DNA of 64,000 bases from Botryllus schlosseri. Its lineage: Eukaryota. Made by a program: the position numbers and the translations under genes. Every line of letters begins with the position of its first letter. The stretch's first letter is position 1. The notes beneath the pieces are model-generated. The model was not told where the DNA came from. It made no database searches and was given only the letters and a program-made list of their open reading frames with translations. Positions 1 through 13,683 of the stretch are shown here, one piece after another. The stretch spans positions 9,176,001-9,240,000 of the forward strand of contig CM119378.1 in assembly GCA_051294905.1 (NCBI GenBank), written 5' to 3'.

Positions 1-100
1 CTAAGTGGCATAGGCCAATTTCGAGAGGCATCCAGCCAAGACCAGGTTTAAATTTAAACTAGGCTAAAATGCTGGTTACGATTTCAACATCGCTATAGAG

Positions 101-401
101 CAGTGGTTCTCAACCTTTTTTTTAGACACGCCCCCTTTTTTATGGTGAAAAATTTCGCGCCCGCCTTATCGTCATATCACAAAATCCCACTGGGATGCTA
201 GCAACCTCAACCGATTGTTTGGTGGTATGGAAGGTTATGAATGTTTATAAGAGAATAAAAAATAAGAAATTGGGTCTATATAGAGAGAAACATGCGTGCA
301 TTGGAGATAAATCGCGCGAAGCGCGAAATATTATTTCAGGTGACTGCTTCTTCGCGCCCCCCTTTAGATGTTTCACGCGCCCCTCAGGTTGAGAACCCCT
401 G
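101..401. mobile_element. hAT MITE
   Basis: TIR cagtggttctcaacc / ggttgagaacccctg; perfect 8-bp TSD ctatagag (93-100, 402-409). Confidence 0.9.
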
Positions 402-409
402 CTATAGAG

Positions 410-661
410 AGAGAGATATGGTATTCTTTTTTCGCCTGCACCATCGAGATGCTTTGACAGCGGAGATGCGATACGGCCTTTATAGCAAGGTCAGTCTTCA
501 CCCCCATTTTTTCTCCTCCATGCTATCCGTGATTGCTGAGCGCCTATAGCAGGATAGCCACGGATGCCAGTTTCGAGTCTTTGGTCTGACCCGGCCTGGA
601 GTCGAACCCAAGATTTACCGATCAAGAAGCCTGACGCATCACCATTACACTACCTCGCTCG
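410..661 (-). mobile_element. tRNA-derived SINE (family 1)
   Basis: Minus strand starts cgagcgaggTAGTGTAATGG (A box)...GGTTCGACTCC (B box), followed by a non-tRNA body and a (CT)n-like end. Confidence 0.6.
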
Positions 662-871
662 ATAAAGATAAATAGTACGTTCAGATCATGAGTGTAGCCG
701 CAAGTTAAAACACCCACGACCCACGACCTGCCGATTAAGAAGCCGGACGCTATAAATCTAACACTGAAGTACGTAATTAATTCACAGCGCCTGATGACCA
801 TCCGCAATCAAACAAGAGCCCATGTTAGGGGATTTTTACATACTTCTATAGTCATGAACATGACTGTATTC

Positions 872-1539
872 CAGGGGTGGGCTAACTTTTAAGCTCGCGG
901 GCCGCATTCAACATCTGAATCCCTTCGCGGGGATCGAAGACAATACACAAACAATTTAAACATTGCTTTGATGATTGGTCAGAAACGTTAAAGAGATTTT
1001 ATAATCTGGCCATCCTCAATCAATTCGTCAAAATTAGGGACGAAAGTAGGTTGTTCCGATTCTAAAGAAAAGACGGAAATTTGAATATGGGAGCAGCGAT
1101 GGTCTCGTAGATGCATGCTGATTCTGCGTTTGGTAAACTTTTGAACTCTCAGTGCTGCCAGCTTCATATCCAGCACATCACATTCAAATACGTTTCAGTA
1201 AAAGCCTTACCGTGGTAAACTTGCTTCTTCAGGTATTTCTGTGAAGACGACATACACGACATAATTTACTGTTGTAAAACACGCTCATGAACCGTTTTTT
1301 TCCAAGTACAGCACTGGAAGTTGGAGTACAGTTCTAAAATCACAATTGTGAGCCTTGCAAAGTCATTTCTGTTTTGACTTTCTGGGATGTTTAGCATCCG
1401 AAACTTTTCAAAATACGTTGGCCTCGAGGACGGTCTATTGCGCTAACAATGAAATATTTACCAATACTTTTATTACGCTTATCGATGCCTTCGCGGGCCT
1501 CATGAAATGTTGTCACGGGCCGTAGTTTGCCACCCCCTG
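872..1539 (-). mobile_element. Decayed Buster/Charlie-type hAT derivative with a transposase C-terminal remnant
   Basis: Ends caggggtggg / caccccctg, flanks ctgtattc vs ttctattc (6/8); minus ORF 988-1176 FTKRRISMHLRD...PNFDELI resembles the hAT C-terminus. Confidence 0.55.
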
Positions 1540-3143
1540 TTCTATTCAATTCTTTAGGAACGTTAGAAGCGCGGGGCATGGTGAAATGGAGAAAAATGAC
1601 ATCCGGGGATCAGGGAGACCTTACTAGGGAGGAATATCAATCAGCATTAAAGAAGGCTTACGATCTACCATTTCCTACAAATTACAGGTAAAATGTAGTA
1701 GTGTACAGATATCTTAAGAATTCGATAACATAGCCTCCTTAATTTGCGAGAAATCATGTCATTATATTTGTTCACGACTGAGATGGGTGATGAAGTATCA
1801 CTTGGTGACACGCCAAAGTCTACGGGGGTTGCGGTATACGTCTACAACGCTGTGCTTACATCATATCTTATCATGTTTATAAAACCGAATGCATGATCTG
1901 TTCGTCATCAAGTCGATAGTTTTGGCGTACTTGTGATTCATAAAATTAGGCAATCAGTGGCTCTTTGACAGAAATATCAATATTTGGGATCTTGGCCACT
2001 ACAACAACGTCCTGATCAGGATTCCAAATGTTGTTACTTAACTAAAAAACAATATTGCTGTATACGGTTTTGAATGGATGTTTTCCGATCAACACAGTGT
2101 TAAAATTTCGCGATAAAAAGCTTACCGCACCGAGAGTGCAGTTGTTGTAGGAAGTTCTATGTTACCTACAGGATTCTGAGAGACTGAGCGTTAATGCGAT
2201 AATTTTAGAAGATATAGGCGATATAGTGAAACCATTTCGGTTCGTATTACAATACAAGTTTTCTTTTTTCAATTTAGATTTTCGAAATTTATTCCCGTGC
2301 TACCCGAATTTGATGGTTTCAGAAGAAAGAGCCGAGAATCTGTCTAAAGGATCTTTCAGTATACTCCATGACACGTACCCTTCTCAGGGTGATATAAACA
2401 GCTAAATATTTGGAGAAATAGAACGTCTGCCACACCGCTGTTAACAGAGTAACCATATACGACGACCTTCTAATCCAACGTCTTCAATCTTCCACAACCG
2501 AATCGCTAACATATGATAGCATTATCTCATCTATAAATAGATAATGGTACTTTGTGCTCTGCTGAGTAAGTTGTTGAAGTTTACATAAACTGGAATCGTA
2601 CTGGCCCTTTGTCATATATTTTAATTGTTTAATGCTTCACGACTGCAGAGAACATGTAATACGCTCCACGAAGTTCCGGATCGCCGGGGAGCCCGACACT
2701 TTGTACAGGCCTACTCGGCAGTCACGTTTCTGTGCTCTACTTTTTACAGGTGGAAGTACGCTACCACCGTCGCTAGATTGTATACCAGCCCATGTGCAAC
2801 AATTTAGACGCATACTTGCACCAACTGAAGTGTTCTTCGGAATACACGTGTAAATATTGTGGAGGCCCTGTCTGAAGATTTTTCAATTCCATTCTGACGT
2901 ATTGACGTGTATGTTGATTGCTGATACTATTGCTTTTTATTTTGCCTGAACCCTTCGCTGCATCGTGATTGACGGGATGCCTTGTCTACGCCGTGCTTTT
3001 GAGTCTGCGCTCTCTGTTAGGTTAGGGCTCTTCAAAGATGACTTTTTTTCTCAAATCGCACTGGCTACTTGATAAAATTGTTAGGTTACCTAATTTAAGC
3101 TTACACACCAAATTTGGTTCAATTCCAACCAGTAGTCGCATTG

Positions 3144-3397
3144 TGATATGTTCGTGCATTTTACGTTGGTATCGTTTGTCTCTTATTTGTCTAGGATTAG
3201 TAATTACCGCCAGTCATTATTTCCTCGTGTGTCGTGCTTTGTATTTATACCCTGTATTCTGTTGTCTCGTGTCTTTCATTTAACTGAACTCTGGATCGTG
3301 TCGCCTGTCTTAAAGTTATTCTGCTGATAATATACTGATTTCATATTGCAACCTCGTCGTATTGAGTTATTGTTCAAACAAAATCAAGAACATAACA
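3144..3397 (+). repeat. 5' LTR (254 bp)
   Basis: About 5 substitutions versus the 3' LTR by eye. Confidence 0.95.
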
Positions 3398-3399
3398 AT

Positions 3400-3417
3400 T
3401 GGTGTCCGAAGTCGGAT
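3400..3417 (+). other. Primer binding site, tRNA-Leu-like
   Basis: tggtgtccgaagtcggat, 2 nt after the LTR, resembling the complement of a tRNA-Leu 3' end (TGGTGTCAGAAGTGGGAT). Confidence 0.75.
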
Positions 3418-3447
3418 TCAAAGTTATTTCTGCGACGAAGATAAAGC

Positions 3448-4470
3448 ATGGATTCAGGTATATTGAAGCTGCTCGAGAAACAGCAGGCAATGATGGCGAG
3501 CTTACATGAAACAATGGCAAATCTAAATGCACAGCGTAAAGAAGATATGGAGCAGCAAAATGCTCGGCACAGAGAAGAGATGGCACAACAAAAGCTGCAG
3601 CATGAGGAGGCCATATCGCAATTGGTGCAGAGGTTGAGTCCCGGTGCGTCAACATCTGAAGCTACCGCTCCCAAGTTTGATTCATTTGTAAAATCAAAGG
3701 AGAAGTGGGACCAATATCTCCAACGATTCAACTATCACCTTGCAATTTACGGCATTTCCAACATGGAGAAGAAAAGAGCGTGTCTACTCTCATGGGTCGA
3801 ACCTGAAACGTACTCGCTCCTACGTAATTTGTTTGGTGCTGCTGATGTCAGTGCGCAAACCTCCGACGCGTTGACTGAGAAGTTGTCTACACACTTCAAG
3901 GACTCAATTCATGTGCAAGCTGCCAGGTACGAATTTTACAATTGCAAAATGCAGCCGGGACAATCGTACGCCGATTGGATCGCTACTCTACGCGGAATCT
4001 CCAAGGATTGCCGCTTCACAGGCTCAAGAGAAGGCTGTGATCAGAGCTATGTTGATGAGCTAATGCGCGATCTCATCATTAAAGAAACGCCGTACGCGGA
4101 TGTGAGACGGCATTGTCTAACACAAACCAATCCATCCCTTGACGACGTTGTCAAAGTAGCCGCAACATACGTGAGAACGCTGGAAACTGATAGGATTATC
4201 CAAGGCGAGAGTAGCGGTAAAGACACTTCCGTCGTCAACAAAATGACGGGAAGTTATCAGAAGGGGAAAAAACCCTCCAAGTCCATCCAAGGCAACATCC
4301 CGGAAAGACTGAAATCCTGCAGCCGCTGTTTCATCGATCACCAGAGAAAAGACTGTCAATATCGACATGCAGTATGTCAGAAATGTGGTCAGGTCATATC
4401 AAACCTGTGTGCATGTCTACCAAACTTAGTATCACGCAACAGGTCACATCCGTCAATTTCTGCTCAGTGA
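3448..4470 (+). pseudogene. gag: Gypsy gag with Cys/His zinc-knuckle region; frameshift near 4390
   Basis: F...KEKWDQYLQRF motif; C..C...H...C followed by CQKCG, whose GHIKPVC continuation lies in another frame. Confidence 0.88.
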
Positions 4471-6214
4471 CACTCCTCTCCTTCGACATCGATCAACTAT
4501 ATCGACGCGTAGGAAACCAGCTCTGGATCAACTCCAGCATCAACGGCATTACGTTGCCGACACAGTGGGACACTGGTGCACCCTCCGCCATGGTGGGATT
4601 GACCGGGTACAAAACTTTAGGCTCTCCGAAACTCTCAGCATACCATTGCTCTTTCGTAGCGTACGGCGACAAGCCATTGAAAGTGAAAGGTATTTGCACC
4701 GTAACCGTGCAGGTGGGTTCCGAAGTTCGAGTTGGCTTAAAATTGGTAGTTCTCGACGAACACCGTGGGCAAAACATTTTTGGTCTTGATTGGAGCGATG
4801 CTTTCTCCATGACCGCTAAGGGAACGTCTCCTTTGGGTGCAATTTCCTCGCAGATGGTCAAATCGCAATCATGTAATACTATCGACATTTCTGATTCGAA
4901 CGACAAATTGATATCTTTTCAGTCCAAATTTCCCTAGTTTTCTCTAATGTATTAGGACGATGCACCAAGACAAAGGTGACAATTCACTTGAAACCTAATG
5001 CCAAGCCCGTATTTAACAAGCCACGTCCTTGCCTTTCGCAAGGCAAATCGCTGTTCAAACCGAATTGAATAGATTAGTCAATCAAGGTATTCTCGAACCA
5101 ATCAATTACAGTGATTGGGCAGCACCAATCGTTGCCGTCACTAAGTCTAATGGATCAGTACGCATTTGTGGTGACTTCAAAGCATTGAATCAACAGATTC
5201 AGATAGATCAACATCCCCTGCCCTCCTTGGATGAAATTCTTCACAAGTTACAGGGTGGTTGTATTTTCACGAAAATTGATCTTGCCGATGCTTATTTTCA
5301 GCTAGAATTAGATGATGATGCGAAGAATTTATGTGTCATCAACACGCAATTCAGTCTATTCCGTTATCGACGCATGTGTTTCGGAGTCGCATCTAGTCCC
5401 GCAAATTTTCAACGTTGTATTGATGCCATGATCGCCGACTTACCCAGTGTTGCTAGTTTTATCGATGACATAATCGTTACTGGCATTGATGAACGCGACC
5501 ATTTTCGCAACCTATCGCTACTCTTTGAGCGCCTCACCGAATACGGTTACACCGTCAACTTCGCTAAATGTGAATTTTTCAAAAGTAGTATCGAGTATCT
5601 TGGTCACATAATCGACAATGACGGCAAACGCCCGTCTCACAAATCCGTTGAAGCAATCAAACAGTTGCCTAAACCTCGGGATGTTCGCCAGCTACAGGCA
5701 TTCCTGGGCAAAGTCAATTATTATCGTGCGTTTATTCCTAATTTCACGAATAAAGCCGCTGCCTTGTACCGTCTTCTTCAAAAAGACGCGAAATTCATTT
5801 GGAATGCGGACTGTGACGCAGCTTTTCGCATTCTCAAAAACGACGTAATCGACGCTACGCAGTTAGCTCATTATGATGTAAACAAGCAGCTCATTTTGTC
5901 AACGGATGCCTCTCAATTCGAAATCGGCGCTGTCCTCTCAATCGAGCACAATGGCGAAGAGAGACCGATCGCGCACGCATCGAAAACGCTTTCCGATTCG
6001 CAAAAATCCTACTCTCAAATCGAGAAGGAAGCTCTGTCAATCATTTACGGAGTCGCTAAATTCTTGTATGGTAGAAAATTTACGCTCGTAACGGACCACA
6101 AACCGCTTTTAGCTATTTTCTCGCCGGACAAGAAAATTCCCGTGATTACAGCGCAACGCTTGCAGCGATGGGCACTAACGCTCATGGCTTACCAATACGA
6201 TATTCGCTATAAAC
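4374..6214 (+). pseudogene. pol: Gypsy pol: aspartic protease, RT, RNase H (stop at 4935-4937, then interrupted)
   Basis: WDTGA; RICGDFK, KIDLADAYFQ, FIDDII; TDASQFEIGAVL, YSQIEKEAL. Confidence 0.93.
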
Positions 6215-9200
6215 CAGAGGTCTCAAACTCAAATGTGCTCGCGGGCCATTTTCCCAGTATTTACGACGCTGCGGGCCGCAGCATCAATAAAGGTATTCCA
6301 TGTCTTTCCAAGTAGGCCTTAGTTGGCGGAATGAAATTGTCCTATTGAAAGTGTGCCGATACAGCAGACTGACATTCAACACACATCATAAAAATGTTAT
6401 TTACTCTTGCATCAATTTAGGCCTGGCATGAAAAAAATCATCACATTTATAACTATTTGAATAGAAGTGTTGTTGTACTTGATATATATTAATTTTAAGA
6501 TATAGACGCCATGTGAGTGGAAAATATATAATGCTATCATAAAAGCTATCACGATATAATTTTGCAGCTACAATGAATATTGTGAATTGAACAGATTGAT
6601 AACAGAGATTGATCTGATATCACAGCATGTGGGGTTTAGCAGTGTATAGCCCAATCCAAGATTCGGGTATACTCCTGATAAGTGGGTTATCAAGCTCATG
6701 GTCAATTACCTTCGAATATTAGAGCGGAAAAATAACATTGTAAATATATTAATAAATGTGTTATAGTTATAGAAATGTCGGAACGCCGAACAACCCATTG
6801 TTGTTACATCGTTGGAGCGCACTACTACGGCACTCAGTACATTCTAGTGGCCTTAATAACATGGTTTAGCGACCCAAGATGTAACTAATAAATTGCCAAT
6901 GGTTGCTTGCTTAATAAGCGAAATACCTCGCTGCGACATTCTGATCTATTACTATTCCCATGACTCCGTGTCCACCCGGGTCATTTTCATTTGGCCATCG
7001 AGTCAGCCCGACTCCGAGTAATTCTAATAAAGGTCGCGTCCAAGTCTACTCACAAATTTCAGTCACGAATCGTCTATAACAGTGGTTCTTAACCTTGCCG
7101 CCAGCGCCCCCCCAAGGGGCGCTGGCGATTTTAAAGGGGGCGCAAATGCTTAGGGGGCGATATGGGGGGCGCTGGGCTCAGGGGGCGGTATGGGGGCGCT
7201 GGAAAAAAATGGCTTCGCAGTAGATGATGTGGTGGTAGGACATATCCTTAATGAGTATTCAGAGCAAATTAACACCGAAAACTACGTTATATATAGCCTG
7301 CAGAAGACATATAGGTTTAATTGCCGATGGGCGCCTAAATGACTGGCACCGAATGTTCCTGTCTTGGCAATCTGAAACCCAGAAGACGAGTTCCACCTGG
7401 CAGGGAAAAATTATATGCCAGTGAAGAAATACCAATCTGAAATCGTGCTGGTCTTTTAGTTTAGTGCGATTGGGTGGCAGGGATATCTAAAACTAGATGT
7501 TCCTGCTGGGCGATATCCCAGTTGGGCGATTCTATATTTTTTGATATAGAAGACAGGAGGTCACGAAATAACATCATGCAACGAAGTCATACCAACGGGT
7601 TCGCCCGCCGGAATATGTTTAATTATTAGTTACGGGCCTTGCAGTTTCCAAGACACCTCACAATGTTTGCTCTACGTTTTGATGAGTCTGCGCACACTCA
7701 ACAACTCACTGCGCAGACCCTTAGACAACAGTGCGTAACGACTAAAAGAAGGTCATAACTTCGGATTTGTTGTGCGCAACGTAGATTTTCTGTGCGCAGA
7801 GACCGTGTCAGCACTGCGCACGTGCGCGGCTTAGAGGGAACAATACACCTCACTCAGCTCAACCGGTAAATCTGGTAACGTGATCAGAGAGGACAAGAAA
7901 TTGATAGCAATATATGTGCAATTCCTGATCTTATGACCGATTTTATCATGAATTATCGAAGGTTTTCGTGCTCCGCACTGGCTCGCTAAACAGTACAGCT
8001 GATTTCGTGGCAAAAGCGAACAACGTGATGAGGGGCGGTCGGTTAGTTATCTATAGTTTATAACCCTATGGGTGCCCAAGACCCAAGTTTTTTCGGCGAG
8101 CCTGACGACGTGCCATTTCGTTCCTGCCAACGGGTATACGCCCGAAGATGTATAATTATTATTGAGGGGTCCTACTTTTTCAATCACACATCACTCAGCT
8201 CTACCGGTATATCTGTTTACGTGAGCAGAGAGAGGATAAAATTGATATCAATATACATTCAATTCCCGATCATATTGACCAATTCAATCATTAATTATGT
8301 TACGTGGGTTAGTTATATTACGTAGGTTAGTTATCTATAGTTTATCACCCTATGGGTGCCCAAGACCCAAGTTTTTTCGGGGGGCCTGACGACGTGCCGT
8401 TTCGTTCCTGCCAACGGGTATACGCCCGAAGATGTATAATTATTGAGGGGTCCTACCTTTTCAATCACACTACACTCAGCTCTACCGATAAATCTGTTTA
8501 CGTGAGTAGAGAGAGGATAAAAATTGATATCAATATACATTCAATTCCCGATCATATTGACCAATTCAATCATTGCAATTTTTCGCGCTTCGCGCGTCTA
8601 GGCAAGAATTGCTGACTCAGTAAATAGTAACCCAATGTAGATGACTAGTATCAGCAAATAGCGGATAGCCGAAGGGGGTATGGGGGCGAATCCCCCATAA
8701 AGTTTGTTTTATCACCCGATGGGGGACCCAAGACCAACGTTTTTTTTGGGTGGGGGGGGGGGGGGGGCTGACGAAGTGTTGTTACGGCCCTGGTAACGAA
8801 TTAATTGTACCTACGGGCACGTCCGAATATGTTTCATTATTAATTACGTGCCCTTTATTTTCCCATACAACAGCTCACTCAGCGCTACTGGTAAATCTGA
8901 TTACGTTGGCTGAGGGGATAAAAAGTTTATAGCGACTTATCTATGTAATTAACACCTATTCATTCATGCATTATAGAAAATTTTGGTACCTAGGGCAACC
9001 AGGCCACACAAACTTTGCTGGCCATCGAAATCACGCTACGGGGTTCTTGGGGGAAGCCTTCAGAAGTTTGGTTTATCACGCTATGGGTGCGCAAGGCAAT
9101 TGTTTTTAGCGGGGTTGACGAAGTGCTGTTACGGCCCTCCCTTTTACTCATTGTCTTTATTACATTCCTTACAATATGAGGTTGGGGGCGCTAGAGCACG

Positions 9201-9527
9201 ATAATTTTTGAAAGGGGGCGCTGGAGGAAAAAAGGTTAAGAACCACTGGTCTATAAGCATAGTGCTGTAAACGACTATCGTCTAAGGGTCAGGGTTTATC
9301 ATCATGAATTGGAAATGTGACGAAATAGTGAATCTTCTACTGCATGGGCGCGAATAGTGAAGTTTGATGAATAGTTTCAGGCTTTCGGAGCAATTTAAGA
9401 GCGAATTTTCACTTTGAAACTTGAAAAGATATATGTGGCACTTATATATTGTAAAATTAATGAAAATCTTAAATGTCGTCGCGGGCCGCACAAAATGATC
9501 TGGCGGGCCGCGTGTTTGAGACCTCTG
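6215..9527 (+). mobile_element. Non-autonomous hAT element (family A; ~1.1 kb without its nested insert) inside Gypsy pol
   Basis: TIR cagaggtctcaaac / gtttgagacctctg; perfect TSD ctataaac. Confidence 0.93.
7080..9248 (+). mobile_element. Non-autonomous hAT element (family B, 2,169 bp) with internal ~350-bp degenerate tandem units
   Basis: TIR cagtggttcttaacc / ggttaagaaccactg; TSD gtctataa; second copy at 16350-18175. Confidence 0.93.
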
Positions 9528-9535
9528 CTATAAAC

Positions 9536-11559
9536 CGACTAATCAGCACGGAAACGCCGACGGTTTATCTCGCCTACCAAAGGGTCCAGACCCTGAGTTT
9601 GACGAACTGGAAATTCGTGAAAACGCGGAGATCGTTCACGCTATTAATATGGCATTCGATGGCTTACCGTTAACTCGCAATGAAATTCGCGAGGCGACGC
9701 TGAAGGACAAAACCATGAAACTAGTAAAATTATCTGTCACTCATGGTAATTGGAACCCAAAGACGCACATTGATGATTTTTCTTGGTTTTCGACTCGCAA
9801 ACATTCGCTTTCTCTGCACGAAGACATAGTCATGCTCAATATTGATGGTTTTCAGCGCGTAGTAATTCCGCAGTCACTTCGCTCGCGAGTCTTATCATTG
9901 TTGCGCGAAGGACATTGGGGAATCGTGAAAATGAAGCAGATGGCTCGACGTTACATCGCATGGCCTTCCATTAATCGCGACATTGAAAATCTCGTTAAGA
10001 GTTGCGACGCTTGCCGTAAGGTAATGAAAGCGCCTGATCATCAGTATCGCGAATGGCCAAAAACTTCTGAAAGCTTTGAAAGAATTCACTTGGATTTCGC
10101 AGGTCCAATAAACAAAATGTTTCTTGTCATCGTCGATGCGCATTCGAAATATCCTTTCTTTAAAGTAATGAATGTCGGTTCTACCACAACCTTGTGTGTG
10201 GTCAACGCTTTGAGGGAAGTCTTCTCTATCGAAGGCTTGCCCATAACAATTGTCACGGACGACGGGCCGCAATTCACATCGAATGAATTCGATACGATTT
10301 GTTCTAATTTGGCAATCAGCCATATCGTATCCCCGTCTTTTCACCCTGCCTCGAACGGGAAAGCGGAGCGTTTCGTCCAGACTTCAACAGCTGGATTAAT
10401 AAAAAATTGCGACGGGGGAAAAGATCTCAACTTCGCGCTCCAAACACTTTTCGCTACATACCGATGTGCACCGCACCCGGGCATAGACTGGAAAACGCCT
10501 GCCGAGATTTTACATGGTCGGCAGCCGCGCAATTTGTCGAGTTTGTGCTCGCCCTTCCGATAAATCGAAGCCCGTTACGCCTAGACAATCAGTCACTCAT
10601 TTCGAGATTGGTTCCTCGGTTTACGCTCGCAGTTACCGAAGCGGACCAAAGTGGGTTGTTGGCGTGGTGACGGAAATACTGGGACGTGTTGTGTACATTA
10701 TAAAAACAGATCATGGGTATTGGAGGAGGCACAAAAACCAACTCCAACCACGCTTGATTTCCACTGGTCATGATACAGCCACACAGGAAGTTGCTCAGCC
10801 GCAACAGTCACAAGCTGAGCAATAGGGCTGTTCAAAAATAACTTTTTTTTCCCGATTCAAGCCGGTCACCTCTTAAATCGTCAGGTTGCAGTAGAAAACC
10901 TTGCTCACCAAATTTCACTCGATTCCAACCAGTAAAGGCCTCCGCAGATCCAATTAAAATTTTTAATTTATTATGGAAAATTAAAAAAAAAAATTTCCAA
11001 ATTTTTCTGCCAACCCCATGAAATTGTTGAGCTGTCTTCAAAGACGTTGCAAAACAAATTTGAGTCAATTCCGACCAGTATAAGCGGAGTTATGCGAGTT
11101 TTTCATTGATAAAACGCGGATTATCCACCAATCAAGGATAATCCGAGAAATATCATCGAAAAACTCACATAACTCCGCTTCTACTGGTCGGAATTGACTC
11201 AAATTTGCTTTGCAACGTCTTTGAAGACAGCTCAACAATTTCATGGGGTTGACAGAAAAATTTGGAAAATTTTTTTTTTTATTTTCCATAATAAATTAAA
11301 AATTTTAATTGGATCTGCGGAGGCCTTTACTGGTTGGAATCGAGTGAAATTTGGTGAGCAAGGTTTTCTACTGCAACCTGACGATTTAAGAGGTGACCGG
11401 CTTGAATCGGGAAAAAAAAAGTTATTTTTGAACAGCCCTACTGAGCAACCATTGGTCAGACATAGGGCACAACGTCCTGCAGCTAGTCCTGCTCGATCGT
11501 CGGGCAGACGTTATCCGCTTAGAATTAGGACTCAAACTGATTTCTATCGGCCAACGTAA
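9536..11559 (+). pseudogene. pol: Gypsy pol: integrase and C-terminal tail (stop, frameshift, MITE insertion)
   Basis: Removing the insertion restores YDIRYKPTNQHGNADGLSRLP; HHCC-like GHWG...C..C, HLDFAGP, DDGPQF, NGKAERFV; tail RRYPLR. Confidence 0.92.
10823..11440. mobile_element. Near-perfect 618-bp palindromic (fold-back) TAGGG MITE
   Basis: tagggctgttcaaaaataac / gttatttttgaacagcccta; TSD ctgagcaa; arms are reverse-complementary almost to the centre (~11130). Confidence 0.93.
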
Positions 11560-11582
11560 ATTACCTTGTACTTTAAACTTAC

Positions 11583-11591
11583 AGGGGAGGA
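11583..11591 (+). other. Polypurine tract
   Basis: aggggagga just upstream of the 3' LTR start at 11593. Confidence 0.8.
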
Positions 11592-11797
11592 CTGTTATGT
11601 TCGTGCATTTTACGTTGGTATCGTTTGTCTCTTATTTGTCTAGGATTAGTAATTACCGCCAATCATTATTTCCTCGTGTGTCGTGCTTTGTATTTATACC
11701 CTGTGTTCTGTTGTCTCGTGTCTTTCATTTAACTGAACTCTGGATCGTGTCGCCTGTCTTAAAGTTATTCTGCTGATAATATACTGATTTCATATTG

Positions 11798-13683
11798 TAA
11801 CGTAGGCCCAAATATTGCTTCTTCTATTACAAAACCTGTGTCGGCCAGGTCAGAGGTGAGATCGATATCCCAGTCAATTGTGCTTGAACCTACGATCAAA
11901 TACGAAGTAGAAGTAGCCATCCACAAACTGAAATCGCACAAGGCCGACGGCTATGACCAAATCCCATCATGGTTTTTAAAAATGATAAGCATGCATATCG
12001 GTCAATATATGGCCCATTTTTTCAACTTCATGATAGAAAATGGAGTCTACCCAAGCTATCTAAAAAAAGCCAGAGTAGTCCCTGTACACAAAGCTGGGGA
12101 TAGAACTAATGTCACCAACTACCGTCCGATATCCGTTCTCCCATGCATCGGGGTTGTATTCGAAAAGTTGCTCCTCTCCCGCCTGTCCTCATTCCTCGCC
12201 AAAATGTCTGTCATTTCCCCTCAACAATTTGGCTTCCGAAACAAACACCAAACCGCACATGCCCTCCTAACAGTGGCCGAACAGTATTATGATATCTCAG
12301 AGAAGCGAAATGTGGGATGTAGCATTTTTCTCGATCTAAAAAAAGCGTTTGACTGCGTAGATCATAAAATTCTCATCTCGAAATTGGCGCGCTACGGACT
12401 TCGGGGCCCACAACTTGAGCTCATGAAAAGTTACCTCACTGGACGCCAACAAATGGTTGCGATCTCAGACACCTTGTCCTCTCCTCACCTGGTGACCTGT
12501 GGTGTGCCCCAAGGCTCAGTACTTGGACCGGTCCTTTTCACCTTATATGTCAGCGACATTTTTGAAACCTCTTCATTGAACACCACACTTTTCGCTGATG
12601 ATACTCACCTCCTCTCTTCAGCATCTTCGACGGCAGAGCTGGATGCCCTGACTGGTGACCAAATGCCCAAAGTCCATGAGTGGACGGCCCAGAACAACCT
12701 CTGCATAAACGCCTCGAAATCGCAATTGCTGACAGTAAATTCAAAAAATAACCTAACCGTTAATATCGCTGGTCAGCCCGTTTCCAACACAGAGAATGCC
12801 AAATATCTCGGGGTTTTACTGGACTCGAACATGTCCTGGAAGAGTCATATTCAGTCCCTAGAAACTAAATTATCACCGAAGTGCGGCCTGTTCTACAGCC
12901 TTAGGCGCTTCATGCCAGCATGGGTTCTTCTGATACTCTTTAAATCCTTAATCCAATCGAAGTTACACTATGGCATCCTCTGTTGGGGGGCTGCCAGTAA
13001 AACTGCACTCAAGCCACTGCAAAAACTACAACATAAAGTACTCCGAATCATAGCTAGGGCCCCAAAGGGGCCTGGCTGCCCATCCAACAAGTCGCTGCTG
13101 AAGAGATTCGGCGTCCCAAACATAGAAGATATGCGGAAACTAGAAATCGCCAAGTTTATGTATCAGTTCCACTGCGGTCGTTGCCCCGAATATTTCAATG
13201 ACTTCTTTACCTCGGAATCAAAAGCGCACAAGTACAACACACGCGCGTCCACGTCGTCCAAATATCATATGATCGACCGAAAAGATCATCGCTCTATCAA
13301 ATATGCCGGACCTGATGTGTGGAACAGTATCCCGCCGGCCATCCGACAGTCGACGAGCATGTCCACATTCAAGTCGAAATACAAGCAATTACTACTAAAT
13401 AAATACAGTCCATCCTCAAGATTACCGGACCACGACTGACCTATCGATCTCGCTTCCCATGACATGCCGCCCTATTTATTGTCGCTTTCTTTTTCTATAC
13501 TATCTTCTTAACTTTCATTCAGTGTGCATGCCTCCTCTTTACATCGCCTAGGCCAAGGTGGGTGTCAGATTCCATAGACTGCTCCTTGTCGCTTCGACAC
13601 CTTCCTGTCTTTTCATTGTATCGCATTTTTTTGTGGTGTATTGAACTGATAAAAAATTGCTAATAAACCAATGATGATGATGA
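11798..13683 (+). mobile_element. 5'-truncated CR1/L2-type LINE with an intact RT ORF (11799-13439), inside the 3' LTR
   Basis: NYRPISVL, FLDLKKAFD, GVPQGSVLGP, FADDT, HKYNTR; aataaa then (ATG)n tail; no TSD. Confidence 0.93.

Noticed and set aside
410-661. Functional tRNA genes (also 25701 and 28492)
   Set aside because: A and B boxes are present but no complete cloverleaf, and they continue into repeat bodies, so they are called SINEs.
8068-8615. Repeated small ORFs [10 protein letters not shown]... (also 17277-17504)
   Set aside because: By-products of the tandem repeat; the copies differ by indels and stops and resemble no known domain.
8042-9130. Repeated units containing CTGACGA, as possible ribozymes or a CRISPR-like array
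   Set aside because: No downstream GAAA core; units are long degenerate tandem repeats with no unique spacers, in a eukaryotic transposon.
10832-11559. Mirror-image ORFs on both strands (MTQICFATSLK...)
   Set aside because: An artefact of the palindromic MITE.
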